A stretch of DNA of 64,000 nt, from the NCBI RefSeq assembly GCF_006345805.1, contig NC_043001.1:48546001-48610000 (forward strand), read 5' to 3'. The position numbers and the translations under genes are program-made. This document shows, one piece after another, positions 36,000 through 49,812 of the stretch. The DNA is from Octopus sinensis. Taxonomy: Eukaryota. The notes under the pieces are model-generated. The model was not told the origin of the DNA, searched no databases, and saw nothing but the letters and a program-made list of their open reading frames with translations. How positions within the stretch are numbered: position 1 is the first letter of the stretch; each line of letters opens with the position of its first letter.

Positions 36000-36715
36000 G
36001 AACGATAATAATACAAGATGATAAAGATGAGAGAAGACAGAAAGCACCTGCCGACCCCCTGCTTCTCTAAAACATTGTTTGTTAAAAACAACATATATAG
36101 AGCTATTAAACCTCTTACAAATATATACAAAAAGTTGGACTAGAAGTCCATCACAAAGGAAACAAATTTTATACATATGGAGGCGATAAACCTCTTACAT
36201 TACTCCCTCAATTAACTCTTCTGCGGCCTGCAGGCATTCCTGGAACCACCAATTGGAGCCCCAAAAAAAGTAATCTGTATTCCTCCTTTGGGAAGGATCT
36301 TGACCTGTGGAAAAAATCTTTTCTTTACAGTACCAGTGCAGCCACTTGTGAAGGCCAATCTGGACTGTCAATAAAAATCGGGTCCATCAGAACCCGACTA
36401 TCAAGATTATTTGTCACATACTCCTCAATCACCCCTCCCTTGCGATAGAGGAATGCAAATTCCTCATCACTTTCATTAAGAGGGACCTCAACTACCTCGC
36501 TCGGTGGCACACATCACACTGACAAGATTTCCTTCTTCTCCCCATCCGGTGGCACACATCCCACCGAAGGGATTTTGGGACATGCCGTCGCCGGCAATGC
36601 TCCGTTTTTCTTTCTCTTCTTTCTTTTCCCCTTTGCAACGGGAGGGTGGAGTTCCTCTGACATGTCCAGAGGTCACCATGCGTCTTGCAAGACTAGGAGC
36701 CTTGAGAGGTCAGCT
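36000..36715 (-). pseudogene. Decayed L1/Tx1-like LINE ORF1 3' region and inter-ORF segment
   Basis: The minus strand has a degenerate zinc-knuckle-like CKTHGDL/GHVR, a low-complexity linker, and a C-terminal segment (PPSEVVEVPLNESDEEFAFLYRKGGVIEEYVTNN..PIFIDSPDWPS). The family call is by recall only. Confidence 0.4.
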
Positions 36716-37139
36716 TTATGCTAGGAGTGGGGTGTTTAAAAATATGAAAGAAGTGGCCAAAATAGAACTAGTTACTTGTTGTAGAGGTATTATATGGCTA
36801 CTCATATTTTAGAAGAGAATGTGGTTGTGTATATGTTTCTCTTGATATTGCATGATAATTATAAAATGATTGTCACTGTCATTCAAGTAGTATCATTTAT
36901 TTTCAATATTCTGAGAACATGTCTGGCTATGAGGAAACACTACCTTGCTTGGAAATATGTGAGGTTTGGCAACAAGAAGGGCATCTGGCTATAGGAATTA
37001 TGCCTTGATAAACTCTGTAAGCATAGAAAACTGGATGTTAAAATTATGAAGATTATGATACATGCACACACACACGCGTATGTACTATTAATTTACACCT
37101 CCTTCTGTGAGAGCTTATGAAGACTTAGAAAAATTATGT

Positions 37140-37380
37140 AGTTCAAAATTGCTTCTGCTTTTCATTTATTGTGTAACCTCAGATCATCTATGCCAACCAT
37201 GCTGATTCTCAAATATTTCTCTTTTGTTTGCCATACCATACTTTTTTCTATTTGTTTTGTTTTGCCTTCCACCTTCCCTTGCATTTGTTTCTGTTCTAAA
37301 ATGTTTAGGTGTGGTGTGAGAGAGATTTTAACTGCTGTGTCTAGTGAATTGATTGATTTCATAATGAGTCCCTTTTAGCT
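37140..37380 (-). pseudogene. Old RTE-like LINE C-terminal remnant
   Basis: ORF 37162-37362 contains ILEQKQMQGKVEGK, resembling the LE..lqGkveGkR.rGR tail of RTE ORFs. Confidence 0.4.
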
Positions 37381-39341
37381 TGAATGCTTTTTTTTTTAAC
37401 ATAGTGGAAGTAGTTAGTTGTGGTGGTGATTGTTGTTATTGAAGACACTTTGTGGTGATTGTGGTAATGTCACTTGTGTTCATATAATGGACAGCAGGTA
37501 TTGAATCAAGCCTCAACTTGTTGCAGGTCATTTCTGTATTTGTGTCATTTGAAGTTGCATATTGTGAGGTTATTGTTGTCAAGCAATGTAAAAGTTTCAG
37601 ATCAGATTTCATTAAATTCAATATATTGTTGAAGTCCCTGTCTCATATGTATACCTACTTATTTCATTTATTTAATTAGTTATTTTTATTGTAATGCATT
37701 TTTGAATAAGTGTTGGTTACAATTTCTCACAGCCCAGTCACTGGTTCATTGCATTTGTGACAACAGCAGTGACAAGGAAGTGCTTGTATAACTTGTGTGG
37801 AACAAATATCACACAAGGTGTTGTTTGTTGAAAGCAGTTGGTTATCAAATTTTTCATGTATGTTTATCTTGTATCTTTTACTTGCATCAGTCATTAAACT
37901 GTGGCCAGTCTGGGGCACTGCCTCGAGGATTTTTTAGTTGAAGAAATTGAGCTAGTATTTTTCTTTTAGCCTGGTACTTATTCCATCAGTCTCTTCTGCC
38001 AAACCACTGAGTTTTATGGATGTTAAACCAACACTGGTTGTCAAGCGGTGGGGGAGAACAAACACAGATACACACACACACAGATACACACACACACATA
38101 GATATAGAAATAGATAGATAGATAGATATACAATGAGCTTCTTTTAGTTTCTGTCTACCAAATCTACTTATAAGGCTTTGGTTGACCCAAGGACTTTAGT
38201 AGAAGACATTTGTCCAAGATGCTACACTGTGGGACTGAACCTGGAACCATATGGTTTTTATTATATCTTTTGCTGAGACGTATTTATTTCTTTATTGTCC
38301 ACAGGGGGCTAAACACAGAGGGGACAAACAAGAGCTGACAAAGGGATTAAGTTGATTACTTCAACTTCAGTGCCTAACTGGTATTTATTTCATTGACCCT
38401 GAAAGGATGAAAGGCAAAGTTGACCTGGGCAGAATTTGAATTCAGAACGTAACTGAAGATGATATACTGCTAAGCATTTCGCCCGGCGTGCTAATGATTC
38501 TGCCAGCTTGCTGCCCTTTTACTGAGACATCTTATGTGCAGTATTTTCATATGCAAGTCTAAACATGGCTATAGAATTACGAATTTTCTTTTCAATCACA
38601 CATTTTCAAGTTTGGTCTCATTGCATAGCACTTTGAACAAGTGCCTTTCAATATAAGCTTTGGTTTAGCCAATTCCTAATGAATATTTGATTATATATCC
38701 AAATCAAAATTCCTGCATGGAAGTCCTTCATGCATATGTGTGTCTGTCTGTGTGTGGGTACATGTTTGTCTTAGCATGTCTAAGCATTGATACTGCAGTG
38801 ATGTTCATGCCCTACACCAACGATATACCTCTCAACTCACTTCTTTGATATGCAAAAACTAATTGAATATATCACCTTACTTGTAAAGCAAGTAAAGGTT
38901 GGTGCCAGGAAGGGCATCCAGCTGTAGAATACTGCCTCAAAAACTCTCAACCAACCCAAGCCAGCATAGGGAAAGTGAATGTAAAAATGAATATAATGCT
39001 GTGTGTGTGTAGTTAAGATAGCTTCTCTGTGGCACTTTGGATAAGTGACATCTTCTAAAGCCCCAGGTCAGCTACATCTTTGTGAGTATATTTGGTTGAC
39101 AGAAATTGGAAGAAGCCCTTTGTGTGTGTGTGTGTTTATGACTATCATATAAGTAGGGACTTTCATTAGAAATTGTCCATGAAAAGATGTCTGGCCATAA
39201 GGCTTTGCAACAGGAAGGGCATATCTGGCTGTAGGAAATTTGCATAAAATACTATCTGACCCATACAATCATGGAAAAGTAAAAATTGAAATGATGAGAA
39301 TGATTACACACGCACATAAGATATATATACTTATATATATA

Positions 39342-39508
39342 AGGAGTGGCTGTGTGGTAAGTAGCTTGCTTACCAACCACATGGTTCCGGGTTCAGTCCC
39401 ACTGCGTGGCATCTTGGGCAAGTCTCTTCTGCTATAGTCCCGGGCCGACCAATGTCTTGTAAGTGGATTTAGTAGACGGAAACTGAAAGAAGCCTGTCGT
39501 ATATATGC

Positions 39509-39540
<32 letters not shown>

Positions 39541-39755
39541 GTTTGTGTGTCTGTATTTGTCCCCCTAGCATTGCTTGACAACCAATGCTAGTGTGTTTAC
39601 GTCCCCGTCACTTAGCAGTTTGGCAAAAGAGACCGATAGAATAAGTACTGGGCTTACAAAGAATAAGTCCCGGGGTCGATTTGCTCGACTAAAGGCGGTG
39701 CTCCAGCATGGCCACAGTCAAATGACTGAAACAAGTAAAAGAGAAAAGAGAAAGA
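39342..39755 (+). mobile_element. Full-length SINE family A (tRNA head, CORE-like segment, internal TA/TG microsatellite)
   Basis: ggagtggctgtgtggtaag (A box), gggttcagtccc (B-box-like), ggcatcttgggcaagt (CORE-like), and tail atgactgaaacaagtaaaagag. Nearly identical to 50958-51352. Confidence 0.9.
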
Positions 39756-41737
39756 TATATATATATGTACTCACACACATGTATACATATATACATGCAT
39801 ACACTTACACATGTATGTGATGGCCTTCTCTATTATTTCTATTTATTAAATTCCAGCCTCAAGGCATTGGTCATCCTGTAAATATAGAAGAGGACATTTG
39901 CTCAAGGTCCTGTGCATAGGAATTGAACATAATACAGTATTGCTAAGTGAACATCTTAAATTTTACTCTCGTGAACAAGTTATTCCTTGTATGTGGTCAC
40001 TGATATTCACAGGAATAAACTTGATTAATGTAAATAAGCTAATTTAAACAATGTCTGCTGGGAATTTTGAATTAATGTTTCACACATATGGCACATGCAT
40101 ATACACGCTTACTCAGTTCTATGTGCTCACAGTCATATATACTTACACATTAATCTATGCATGCGCATACACACAACCATACATGCACATATGAACAAAT
40201 GATTGATAAACTTAGACATGTACTATTAGTACATACGCTCACATGTAGACACATGTAATGCAGATGGTAGTGGTGGTTGTGGTGACATCATTACTGAATT
40301 AGTGCTCTGTAATTGTTACTTGCAGGATTACTGAATTAAATTCTTATAAATTATTTAAATGAATTAGATAAATAATTAATTAATCATTAAGCTAGTTTTT
40401 AACCCAGAGCACGTCTATATTTTATAGAATGGCTTCAAGTATTGATATATATATATATATATTTTAGATGTGAACTGCATTATAATAGCAGGCATAGGGG
40501 GTATGTTTCCGGTAAATTAAATTTTGCTTCCCAAGTTCGAGATCCGGTTTCTTTACACAACTCCTACTCGGTAAGCCAAAACATGAACCTACACATAGCC
40601 AATCAACCAGTCTTTGTATGTGTGTTTGTGTTGTGTGTGTGGTGTGTGTTTATTAGTCTACTCAAAGTGGTTGCTTTACTGTAATGGATTTCTAGATGGA
40701 ATTTTGAATTTGGAACATACAGAGCCAAAGCAGATACTACAAGGCATCCTCTAATAATTCTATCAATTCCTTGTTTTAGGCTGGCACTTCATTTATTGAG
40801 CCCAAAAAGATGAAAGTCAAAGTGATCTTGATGGGATTTGAACTTGGTACACAAACAACTAGATTAAATATCACAAGGCATTTTACTCTTCAATTTTAAG
40901 TTAAAATTGCGTTCCTGTAATGAATCTGTTGCAGGTCAAAAATGAATGATATAAGAAAAGATAAAAGCTTGTTTTCCTTCACATTAGTGTGGTTTCCCTG
41001 TTTCTCTCTTTCACAATAGATGTAAACAAAATTAGTATGATTCTTGTGATATCCTGCATTTCAGGACTAGCCAACCAGTGCAGTACTGTGTCTTCCAGTG
41101 ATCATTTATTTTTTTACAATGTCATTATGGGGTAGGTGTAAGATGTTGAATCTGGCCACTTTGAGTGTAAAAGTGGCAAAATATTTTGGTTGGATATGGC
41201 CAGTTTAAATGCTAAAGAGTTAATTCTGACAAAGATTTTTGAGGAAATATATTTAAAATAGAAGAATTATATCCAATTTAAATATTTAATTTCCAATGAG
41301 TCCTTTACACATCATCATTCCTCATTGTACTCTCTTGAAAATTTATATCCCATTGTACTCTCTTGAAAATTTATATCCCATTGCAAGCTCACAATGCCCC
41401 CCAAAGGGTGCTATCACCCAGGTTGAGAGCCACAGTTCAGATGACAATAATGGAAAAGACTGAAGTAAAATTAGATTGGAACATTAATATAGTCAACTAG
41501 TTATAATTTAATTTTTATTGGACAATGAAAATTAAATGCCTTATCTGATAAAATATTGAATGCCAAAACTTCTGTGCATGTATTAACAGAATCTAAGGAA
41601 GGTGATTGGATAAGAGATGTCTTTAACTATTATCAGTGATAACAATCAATAAATATGTCCTGATTCTGTTGACTAATACTTTATGGTCATTGATTTTAAT
41701 TTTGTTATGAAAATTTTTGATAAAAATAGTCATCAGC

Positions 41738-41744
41738 AGTAGTC

Positions 41745-41777
<33 letters not shown>

Positions 41778-41870
41778 GTAATAGCAGTAGTGGTGGTGGT
41801 AGTAGTAATAGTAGTGGTAGTGGTGGTGGTGGTGGTAGTGGTGGCGGAAGCTGTAGTAGTAGTAGTATAG
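41738..41870. repeat. Compound (TAG)n/(TGG)n microsatellite
   Basis: Direct inspection. Confidence 0.9.
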
Positions 41871-42206
41871 TAGGGATTTGGTTACAGGCATAGCTGTGTG
41901 GGTAAGAAGTTTGTTTTGCAACTTAGTAGATCCAGGTTCAATCGTATTGCATGATACCCTACATAAGTCTCTTCTACAATAACCCCATGTTAACCAGTAT
42001 CTTCCTTTAGTGAGAGTTTTGTTTAGAAGAAACTGTGCAGAAGCCTGTGGTATGTAGATATGTTCACATGTTTATACCAGTGTAAAGTGAATAAAGAGTA
42101 GTACATTGGAACAAGAATACTCTGTAATTATTTATGTCCAATTGAGTTTTACCAACCCCATGCCATGACACTAACGTCTTCTCTTGGTATATATTCTCAT
42201 GTAATA

Positions 42207-42607
42207 CTCTTTCTCTTTACTATTTTACTTCTTTCAGTCATTTGACTGCGGCCATGCTGGAGCACTGCCTTTAGTCGAGCAAATCGACCCCAGGACTTAT
42301 TCTTTGTAAGCCTAGTACTTATTCTATCGGCCTCTTTTGCCGAACTGCTAAGTTACGGGGACGTAAATACACCAACACCGGTTGTCAAGAGATGCTGGGG
42401 ACACAAACACAGACACACAAACATATACACACACATACATATATACGATGGGCTTCTTTCAGTTTTCGTCTACCAAATCCACTCAAGGTTTTGGTTGGCC
42501 CGAGGCTATAGTAGAAGACACTTGCCCAAGGTGCCACACAGTGGGCCTGAACCTGGAACCATGAGGTTGGTAAGCAAGTTACTTACCACACAGCCACTCC
42601 TATGCCT
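42207..42607 (-). mobile_element. Full-length SINE family A
   Basis: Reverse complement of the 39342 copy. Further diverged copies at ~35225(-), 37885(-), 46726(+) and 50693(+). Confidence 0.88.
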
Positions 42608-44299
42608 ATAAATAAAAATGATAATATAAATAAAACAAGTACAAAACAAAGTAATGAAGCCCATATAATCACTTAAACCCTTAAATGTGGTGCCCAGTAT
42701 GGCTAGAGTACAAGGGCCGAAACTGTTACAGGAATATGTGATCTTACTATAAGTTGGTTTTGAGTCTATATTTTTGATTTAATCATTGTAACGATTTTTC
42801 CGAATGTTGGAGATTTAGATTGCTATTTTATTTCCTGTTACTGATCTTATTAAATGTTTTCATTTTTGTATTATTTGCTGGGTCTGGATGAAGGGGAAAT
42901 GTCTTCGGTATTCACAGACCTGGTGATAGGTTTAGAGCCTTTTTCTTGAAAAGACTTGTTAATATATCTCAGGATATTAGGCATTGAGCTGGCAGAATTG
43001 TTAGCACACTGGGCAAAATGCTTAGTGGCATTTTGTCTGGCTTTGCATTCTAAGTTCAAATTCCACCAAGGTTGACTTTGCCTTTCATTCTTTTAGGATC
43101 GATAAAATAAGTACCAGTCAAGCACTGGGGTCAATGCAATCGATTATTCCTTTCCTTGGATTTGCTGGTCTTGTACCAAAATGTGAAACCAATATATTTC
43201 TGGAGAAAAGGCCCATGTTGGTAGAATCATTAACACATCACACAAAATGATGTTTCAGTATTTAGTTACGGTTCTTAATTTTATGTTTTGAGTTCAAATA
43301 ATGCCAAAGTCATATTTGCTCTATATGGGTTATAGCTACTGATATAAACTGTACCACAACATTGTATTATAATACACGTGGCGATATTATAATATCAAGG
43401 CGTCGATCGGGCAGAAATGTTAGCACGTCAGGTGAAATGCTTAGTGGTATTTTGTCTGCGGTTACGTTCTGAGTTCAAATTCTGCCGAGGTTGACTTTGC
43501 CTTTCATCCTTCCAGGGTTGATAAATTAAGTACCAGTTACGCACTGGGGTTGATGTAATCGAATTAATCCCTTTGTCTGTCCTTGTTTGTCTCCTCTGTG
43601 TTTAGCCCCTTGTGAGTAGTAAAGAAATATATAATACACGTGGACCCATTTCAATCATTTGGCAACAAAATGTCACCACTTCTTGCACATTTATTGACTT
43701 ATTTTGTAATTTAGTTTTCATAGGTACTTAATTTGAATTATAAATATCTATAAGGCCATTTTTTAAGTGGAGACAGCTATGAATAATACTATTCAATTTA
43801 TTGATTAAAAGACCTTTAACTGGCAAAAAGGTTCAAGGGTACTTGTTGAATTTGAACCTGCATCTTCTGTACTCAAGCAATTCTTTTCTAACCAAGGGTT
43901 TTTTAATTTAATATATTAATTTCAAATTTTTGCACAAGGCCAACAATTTCTAAGGAGTTAGTAAGTTGATTACATTGACCTCAGTGTTTAACTGGTACTT
44001 ATTTCAACAGCCCTGAAAAGCTGGAGGGTAAAGTCAACCTCAGTGGAATTTGAACTCAGAATGTGAACACAAATGAAATGCCGCTAAGCATTTTAGCTCG
44101 TGTGATAATGATTCTGCCAGCTTTCTGCTTTTTTAAAACTTATTATATTAAATGCTTTTATATACTACTGTAGTCACCCTTAAATTGATTTATTTCATAT
44201 ATTCTTGATATGTCTGCATTTGAATTATGATTCTAACACAGTTCAGTGCATACTAATGTAAGTTCAGACAAGAGGAGTCAATGTTTGTGACCTTTGCAT

Positions 44300-44720
44300 A
44301 CTCTCCAAAATCCTTTACTGGTTGGTGTAAGTTGAAGAACTGGGCAATGAAGAAATTCCAGAGCGTCAAATTTCTGGTGAGTAGGATTTGGTGAAATGGT
44401 TTAGGGTTGGAGATAAGAAATGAGTCGCAGTAAAGGTGATGGAAGAGGAGGAAGGACAGGTATTAAAAGTAGATCTGGAAAGAGTGTGTAACTAGCTAGA
44501 TCAGAGGAGCAGTGGATGTTGTAGCATGCAGAAAGAGAAGAGAAGAGACTGCATGTCTGTGAGCCAGTAAACTGAATGTTGAACTATGTTGGTGAATGAT
44601 GAGTAATCTTTTCCCACCAGTTGAATAATATTCATTTGGATTTGATCTTGAATGTTTGTATGTATGTAGTACCAGCACCATCTGATGTATGTGAACGGCA
44701 CTTAATGGTAGTCTTAGAAT
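44300..44720 (-). pseudogene. Old Jockey/CR1/L2-group LINE RT C-terminal remnant
   Basis: Minus frames give IQDQIQMNIIQLVG and SLLAHRHAVSSLLF, resembling the lD.iQ..a.rli....l.sL.HRR.vs.L.lfy motif. Confidence 0.5.
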
Positions 44721-47613
44721 AAGCTTTGAAGAATGTTCAGAAATGCTCTACGTGTGAATAAGTAATTTGGTTGTAAGAAGTATCACAATGCAAAAATCCT
44801 CCTGATATTCATGAATGATGTAATGGTTGCTATTGACTACGAACACTATGTCAGAAGTTGTATTCATTGATCTCTTACTTTCTTTGATATGATACTACTG
44901 ACCATGACATTGTAACGGATATTCTTTCCCCACTGTTCTATCTTGAAATGTGTCTCTTCTCAAAGAAAATTCTCACCAAGTTGTGATAAAGAGAGAGAAG
45001 CCTTTTATTATTCCTTCATTCCATATATTCTATACCTTGAGGGTGGCTCACTTTTAGATCTATTGTTATTTAAAATTTATTGCTGTTCAGTATACAAAAG
45101 TGTTTTAAACTTTAGCAGATGGTATGCACAATGCACACAATGATTGTGGCAATCATTTCTTTTCTTTTTTAACATCTTTTTTTTTTCCTTTTATTTTATG
45201 AACAACCAGCTAGATTACAAAATAGTAACAATAAATATCCAAATATCTCTTGATCCAAAAAGTTGAATAGATTCCAATTTCTTTAACCTAATAAATTTTA
45301 AAAAACAGAAATTGTGATATATTCTCTCCGAAACCATTTGCAGATTCTATGGCATTTCATCTATTTTATTAAAATTCAATTTGTTGCTATTACTGAAAGT
45401 TATTGTCATACTCTTTTATATTCATTACTGGAATTTATTTTAGTGAATATCTCAATAAGATTACTATCTTTATCTTGGGGAAAAATTCTTGATCATTCAA
45501 AGATTCTTAGCTGCTTCATTGTAAAAGCTTTATTCATGCTTTGATTGTCTTCAGATGAGATATGTATAATTCTTTGTCAGCGTGTATTAGTCGAACATTC
45601 CTAAATTACATATTTCAGAATACTGTAATCCATTTTATATTCGGTATTGAATGGATGACGGATTGCTATGAAAAACATAACTGTGATGTGTTATTGATCC
45701 AGGATGGAAGAAGTGGGGAGGGAAAGATAACATCAACTGATGATTTATTATTAATGATTTCATGGCAATAATATTGTTGCTATATCTGGGTATCCATATG
45801 ATGGATTTATTGTGTCAGACAGTGGACATAACATCAGTTTTAAATAGCAGTTATGGTGACAAGACATTTTTTTCTTTTCCCATAACCCCCCTCCTTCTAC
45901 ATAATATTGGATTGCTCTTCCTGTTGATCTTCATCTGACTTGCTTGATTGATGTTTATACATGTTTCACATCAAGAATTGGTAAATTCTTCGAGTTCTGT
46001 TCCTTTTCCTCTGCAATCAATCCCCAAAGTCACTGTTCATTGCTACACATTGAATTCTAATCTGCTGTGCCTTCATTATCATTACTCTTCCAGCTAGATT
46101 TTTTTTTTCCAGATAGTTGTTTACTTGAATTTAATCATTATAAGTAATCAGTCTTATAAAAATTACAAACCGATTCCAATTTCACATGGAACCTCTTTAC
46201 TTATATTGGTAATTATTCATGAATAAATGGAAGAAATTGTGTGTATACATTATGTATGTGTGTGTGTTGGGAAGTTAATCTATAATTCTAGATTTCCTCA
46301 ATAATTTATTTCCATCCTTCTCATCATTTTTTGACCTTATGTAACACTCTTCTATTCTTGTACCGGTTCCAGCTGTAGCTATGCTGGTGTACTACCATTG
46401 TGCTTGAGATAAAAGCAACTAAATACTGGTTCCTCATCATGGCACAAGGACAGCAATTTTCAGGAAGGGGATAAGTTTATTTTCATTGACCCCAGTGTTC
46501 AACTGCTACTTATTTCATTAACCTTGGAAGAATGAATTTCAGGATTAATTCCTTGACAGAATTTGAACTCAGAATGTAAAGATGGACGAAATGACACTAA
46601 GCATGTTGTCTAGTATGCTAACAGTTTTACCTGTTCATCACCTTAAAGCAAATACATATTACCTGTGCATTTTGCATGGAAAGTTAAAAAGAGAGTTTTA
46701 AAGTTAAAAATTTAGGAAAAATATAGGTGCAGGCATGACTGTGTGGTAAGAAGCTTGCTTCCCAACAACATGGATTCAGGTTCAGTCCCACTGTGTGTGG
46801 CACCTTGGGCAAGTGTCTTCTGCTATAGCCTCAGACTGATCAAAGTGGGTAGATTTGGTAGACAGAAACTGAAAGAAGCCTATCGTGTGCGTGTATGTGT
46901 ATGTGTTTGTCCCTGCACCATCACTTGACAACCAATGTTGGTGTGTTTATGTCTCCATAACTTAATGGTTCTGCAAAAGAGATCAATGGAATAAGTATCA
47001 GGTTTACAAAGAATAGGTCCTTTTAAGGCAGTGCTCCAGCATGGCTGCAGTCAAATGACTGAAACAAAAGAGTAAAAGAATAATTGCTGCCCCGCCCCTT
47101 TTTTTCCCCCCATTAATTAATCATTCTGGGTCATTTTTTTCACCATCATCATTTATTTAAAGGCTATTTTTCTCCAAGCAAAATAATAATTTTCCAACCT
47201 ATAAAACAACAAACAACCCAAACAAATTTACATGGAGAGCTGGAAACAAACAAAAGCATTTGAATGAGTCTGTTTTGTTTACAAAGATCACGCAACATGT
47301 CAAGACATGTCAAGAAGCTGGAGCATAGTTTTGTGGTGGACTGCAAGCAAACACCATTATCCACATGAACAGTTAAGCCATTGTTGACAACTATGTCGAG
47401 GACATGAAGATGAAGGGATATAATATATGCATACACAAGAATATGCATACATATACATGTGTGTGTGTTTATATATACATATACCGACATAGACACACAT
47501 CAATCAATCAATCAATCAATCTGTGTATCATACTTAAAGCAGATACATTGTTGAAAACTTGATAAACTGTAGTTTGCCATTCCTTCCAGTGTTGCTTAAT
47601 TATCCTTGTTTTT

Positions 47614-47846
47614 TATTTCTTTATTGCCCACAAGGGGCTAAACATAGAGGGGACAAACAAGGACAGACAAAGGGATTAAGTTGATTACATCGACCCCAAT
47701 GCGTAACTGGTACTTAATTTATCGACCCCGAAAGGATGAAAGGCAAAGTCGACCTCGGCGGAGTTTGAACTCAGAATGTAACAGCAGACGAAATACCGCT
47801 AAACATTTCACCCAGCGTGTTAACATTTCTGCCAGCTCTCCGCCTT
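47614..47846 (-). mobile_element. Full-length SINE family B, young copy
   Basis: Reverse complement of the 27401 copy, including the tail gccccttgtgggcaataaagaaata. Confidence 0.88.
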
Positions 47847-48839
47847 TCTCAAGAAGTATGCCATCTTCTTGAAATAGTATCTCTTACCAACATATATTGT
47901 TAAAAAATACAGAACTATATCGGCAGTAGAATGAAAATTGTTTAACAGTAGTAGTGATATTGCTAAATGTGCATTTCTGCATCTTTGGTAGACATCAGTG
48001 GCAAGTATTTACTGATAGCTACAAGCTAAGACAAAATTTGCTGTTACTGATATAGTAAAGCAGTGATTGAAAAATCATAGATATTGCAATTAGCCTGCAT
48101 GCTTAATAAAAATTTGTTATGAACCACAGCAGTGTTAGTTCAAAATAGCAATCGGTGTATTATACCTAAAACAAATGCTTTGTCGAACACCTGATAAACT
48201 GCAGTATTTGCCCCAAGATAACATCTCTTATAGATGTATATTGTTAAAAAACACAAATATATCAGATGTAGAGTTGTTTCCTGTATTCAGTGTGAAAAAC
48301 AAAATTGATATTAGCCTTTGGTTTGGTTTTGTTTTGTTTCTTTTCCTTCATTGCATAATTATTTCTAGTTAGCTGTTTTACTGCTCCCTGCAGTAAATTT
48401 GTTAACAATACCTTAGCTGTTGTTTTTCATGTATTTAGCATTTCTGAATCAATAATATATCAACCATCTGACTGAGAGAATATATATGGTTCTGACTGCA
48501 CTGCAGCTGAATGAGTCCCAGCTAGGTTAACAATACTTCAGTTGGCCAGACTTTCATATGCTGTCTGTGGGTTGTAACAGCAAAAGTGTTTTCCAGCAAC
48601 ACTAAATAAACATGCACACACGCATACACATGCATGCATTCATGTGTGTGTGTGCATTTGTATTAATAGTTTGATTTGAAGATGGGTTTCTGGAAGTTAC
48701 ACAGACGAGAAATACACTCGATCATTTGGATGTTTCTGCTCAAAAGCAAGCACCCAGTCAGGCATGTTTCTTGTGTGGATTGTCTCTTGGTTAGAATGCT
48801 TTTCCTATCGCCAACCCTCACCTAATGCCAAGCAAAGTA

Positions 48840-49393
48840 TTGGGTTGTCCGGAAAGTTCATGCCAATTTTTAAAGGAAAGAAAAAGGTCAATAAATATTT
48901 GCCATTACATTTTTAATCAACCAAATATGAACCATTTTGTTGCACAATGCGTCTCCATCTTTCCTTTAACTTGAAAATACCCTCTTCCCAGAATTGGGGT
49001 GGTTTCATGGCAAACAATTCATCAAGGTATCTTTTTACGTCATCCAAGGAATTGAAATTTTTACCATTAAGACTATTCTTCAGAGACCTGAATAAGTGGA
49101 AATCAGAAGGAGCAGTATCTGGTGAATATGGAGGGTGGGGTAACACATCCCAGCTGAGGTTAGGCAATTTTTGCCTGGTTTCCAAAGCGTCAAGTGCCGA
49201 AAATGAACTTTCTTATCTTCCATTTTAAAGGGTTACAGAATTAACACAGGTTATAGGAACATAAACCTTCTTCCATGAAAAGATAGCTTAAACTGTGCTC
49301 TAAATGGCGGTGTAGTCAAATCTTATTTTATGTTCTAAAATATGTTGAAAGGTAAGCTACTATGAATCGGCACGAACTTTCCAGACAACCCAA
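48840..49393 (-). mobile_element. Internally deleted mariner element (554 bp) with both TIRs and TA TSD
   Basis: TA-TTGGGTTGTCCGGAAAGTTC ... GAACTTTCCAGACAACCCAA-TA. The transposase start MEDKKVHFRH (ATG at 49223) is joined out of frame to the C-terminus LPHPPYSPDTAPSDFHLFRSL..GIFKLKERWRRIVQQNGSY (48913-49185). Confidence 0.93.
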
Positions 49394-49591
49394 TAATATT
49401 TCTCCTATGCCTGGACATGTTTTCATGGAAGACTGGAAATGAGGGACACAGATTGTATGACAGTGACACATGTTTATTACTCTCATGGATGTCAAGACAA
49501 GGAGATATAAATCCACACACATGCACGCACACATACATACACACAAGGTTTTATTTCAGTTTTCAGCCTCCAAATTAATACTGTTCATTAT

Positions 49592-49812
49592 TCCTTTACC
49601 ATTCAGATTACTCTGCCAAATGTATTGCTTATTTATTCTGATTATTTTGAATTGATCGAGCATTATCTTGTAGTTTTCAGATTTCAATGATGTGTTTATT
49701 TAGTTTTAGGATGGCATTGTAGGGTAGTTGTAAGAGGTTGAATTTTGCCAGTTTGAACATAAAACAACAGAAATATCTGACCCGGGTATGGCCAGTTTAA
49801 ACACTAAAGGGG
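49592..49812. mobile_element. TTAA-type MITE, family 1
   Basis: cctttaccattcagattactctg...ggccagtttaaacactaaagggg-TTAA. Confidence 0.7.

Noticed and set aside
41323-41383. Perfect 28-bp tandem duplication
   Set aside because: Ordinary slippage or repair duplication with no further structure.
47293-47312. CAACATGTCAAGACATGTCA p53-like response element
   Set aside because: Three mismatches to RRRCWWGYYY x2, and explicable as a 10-bp tandem duplication.
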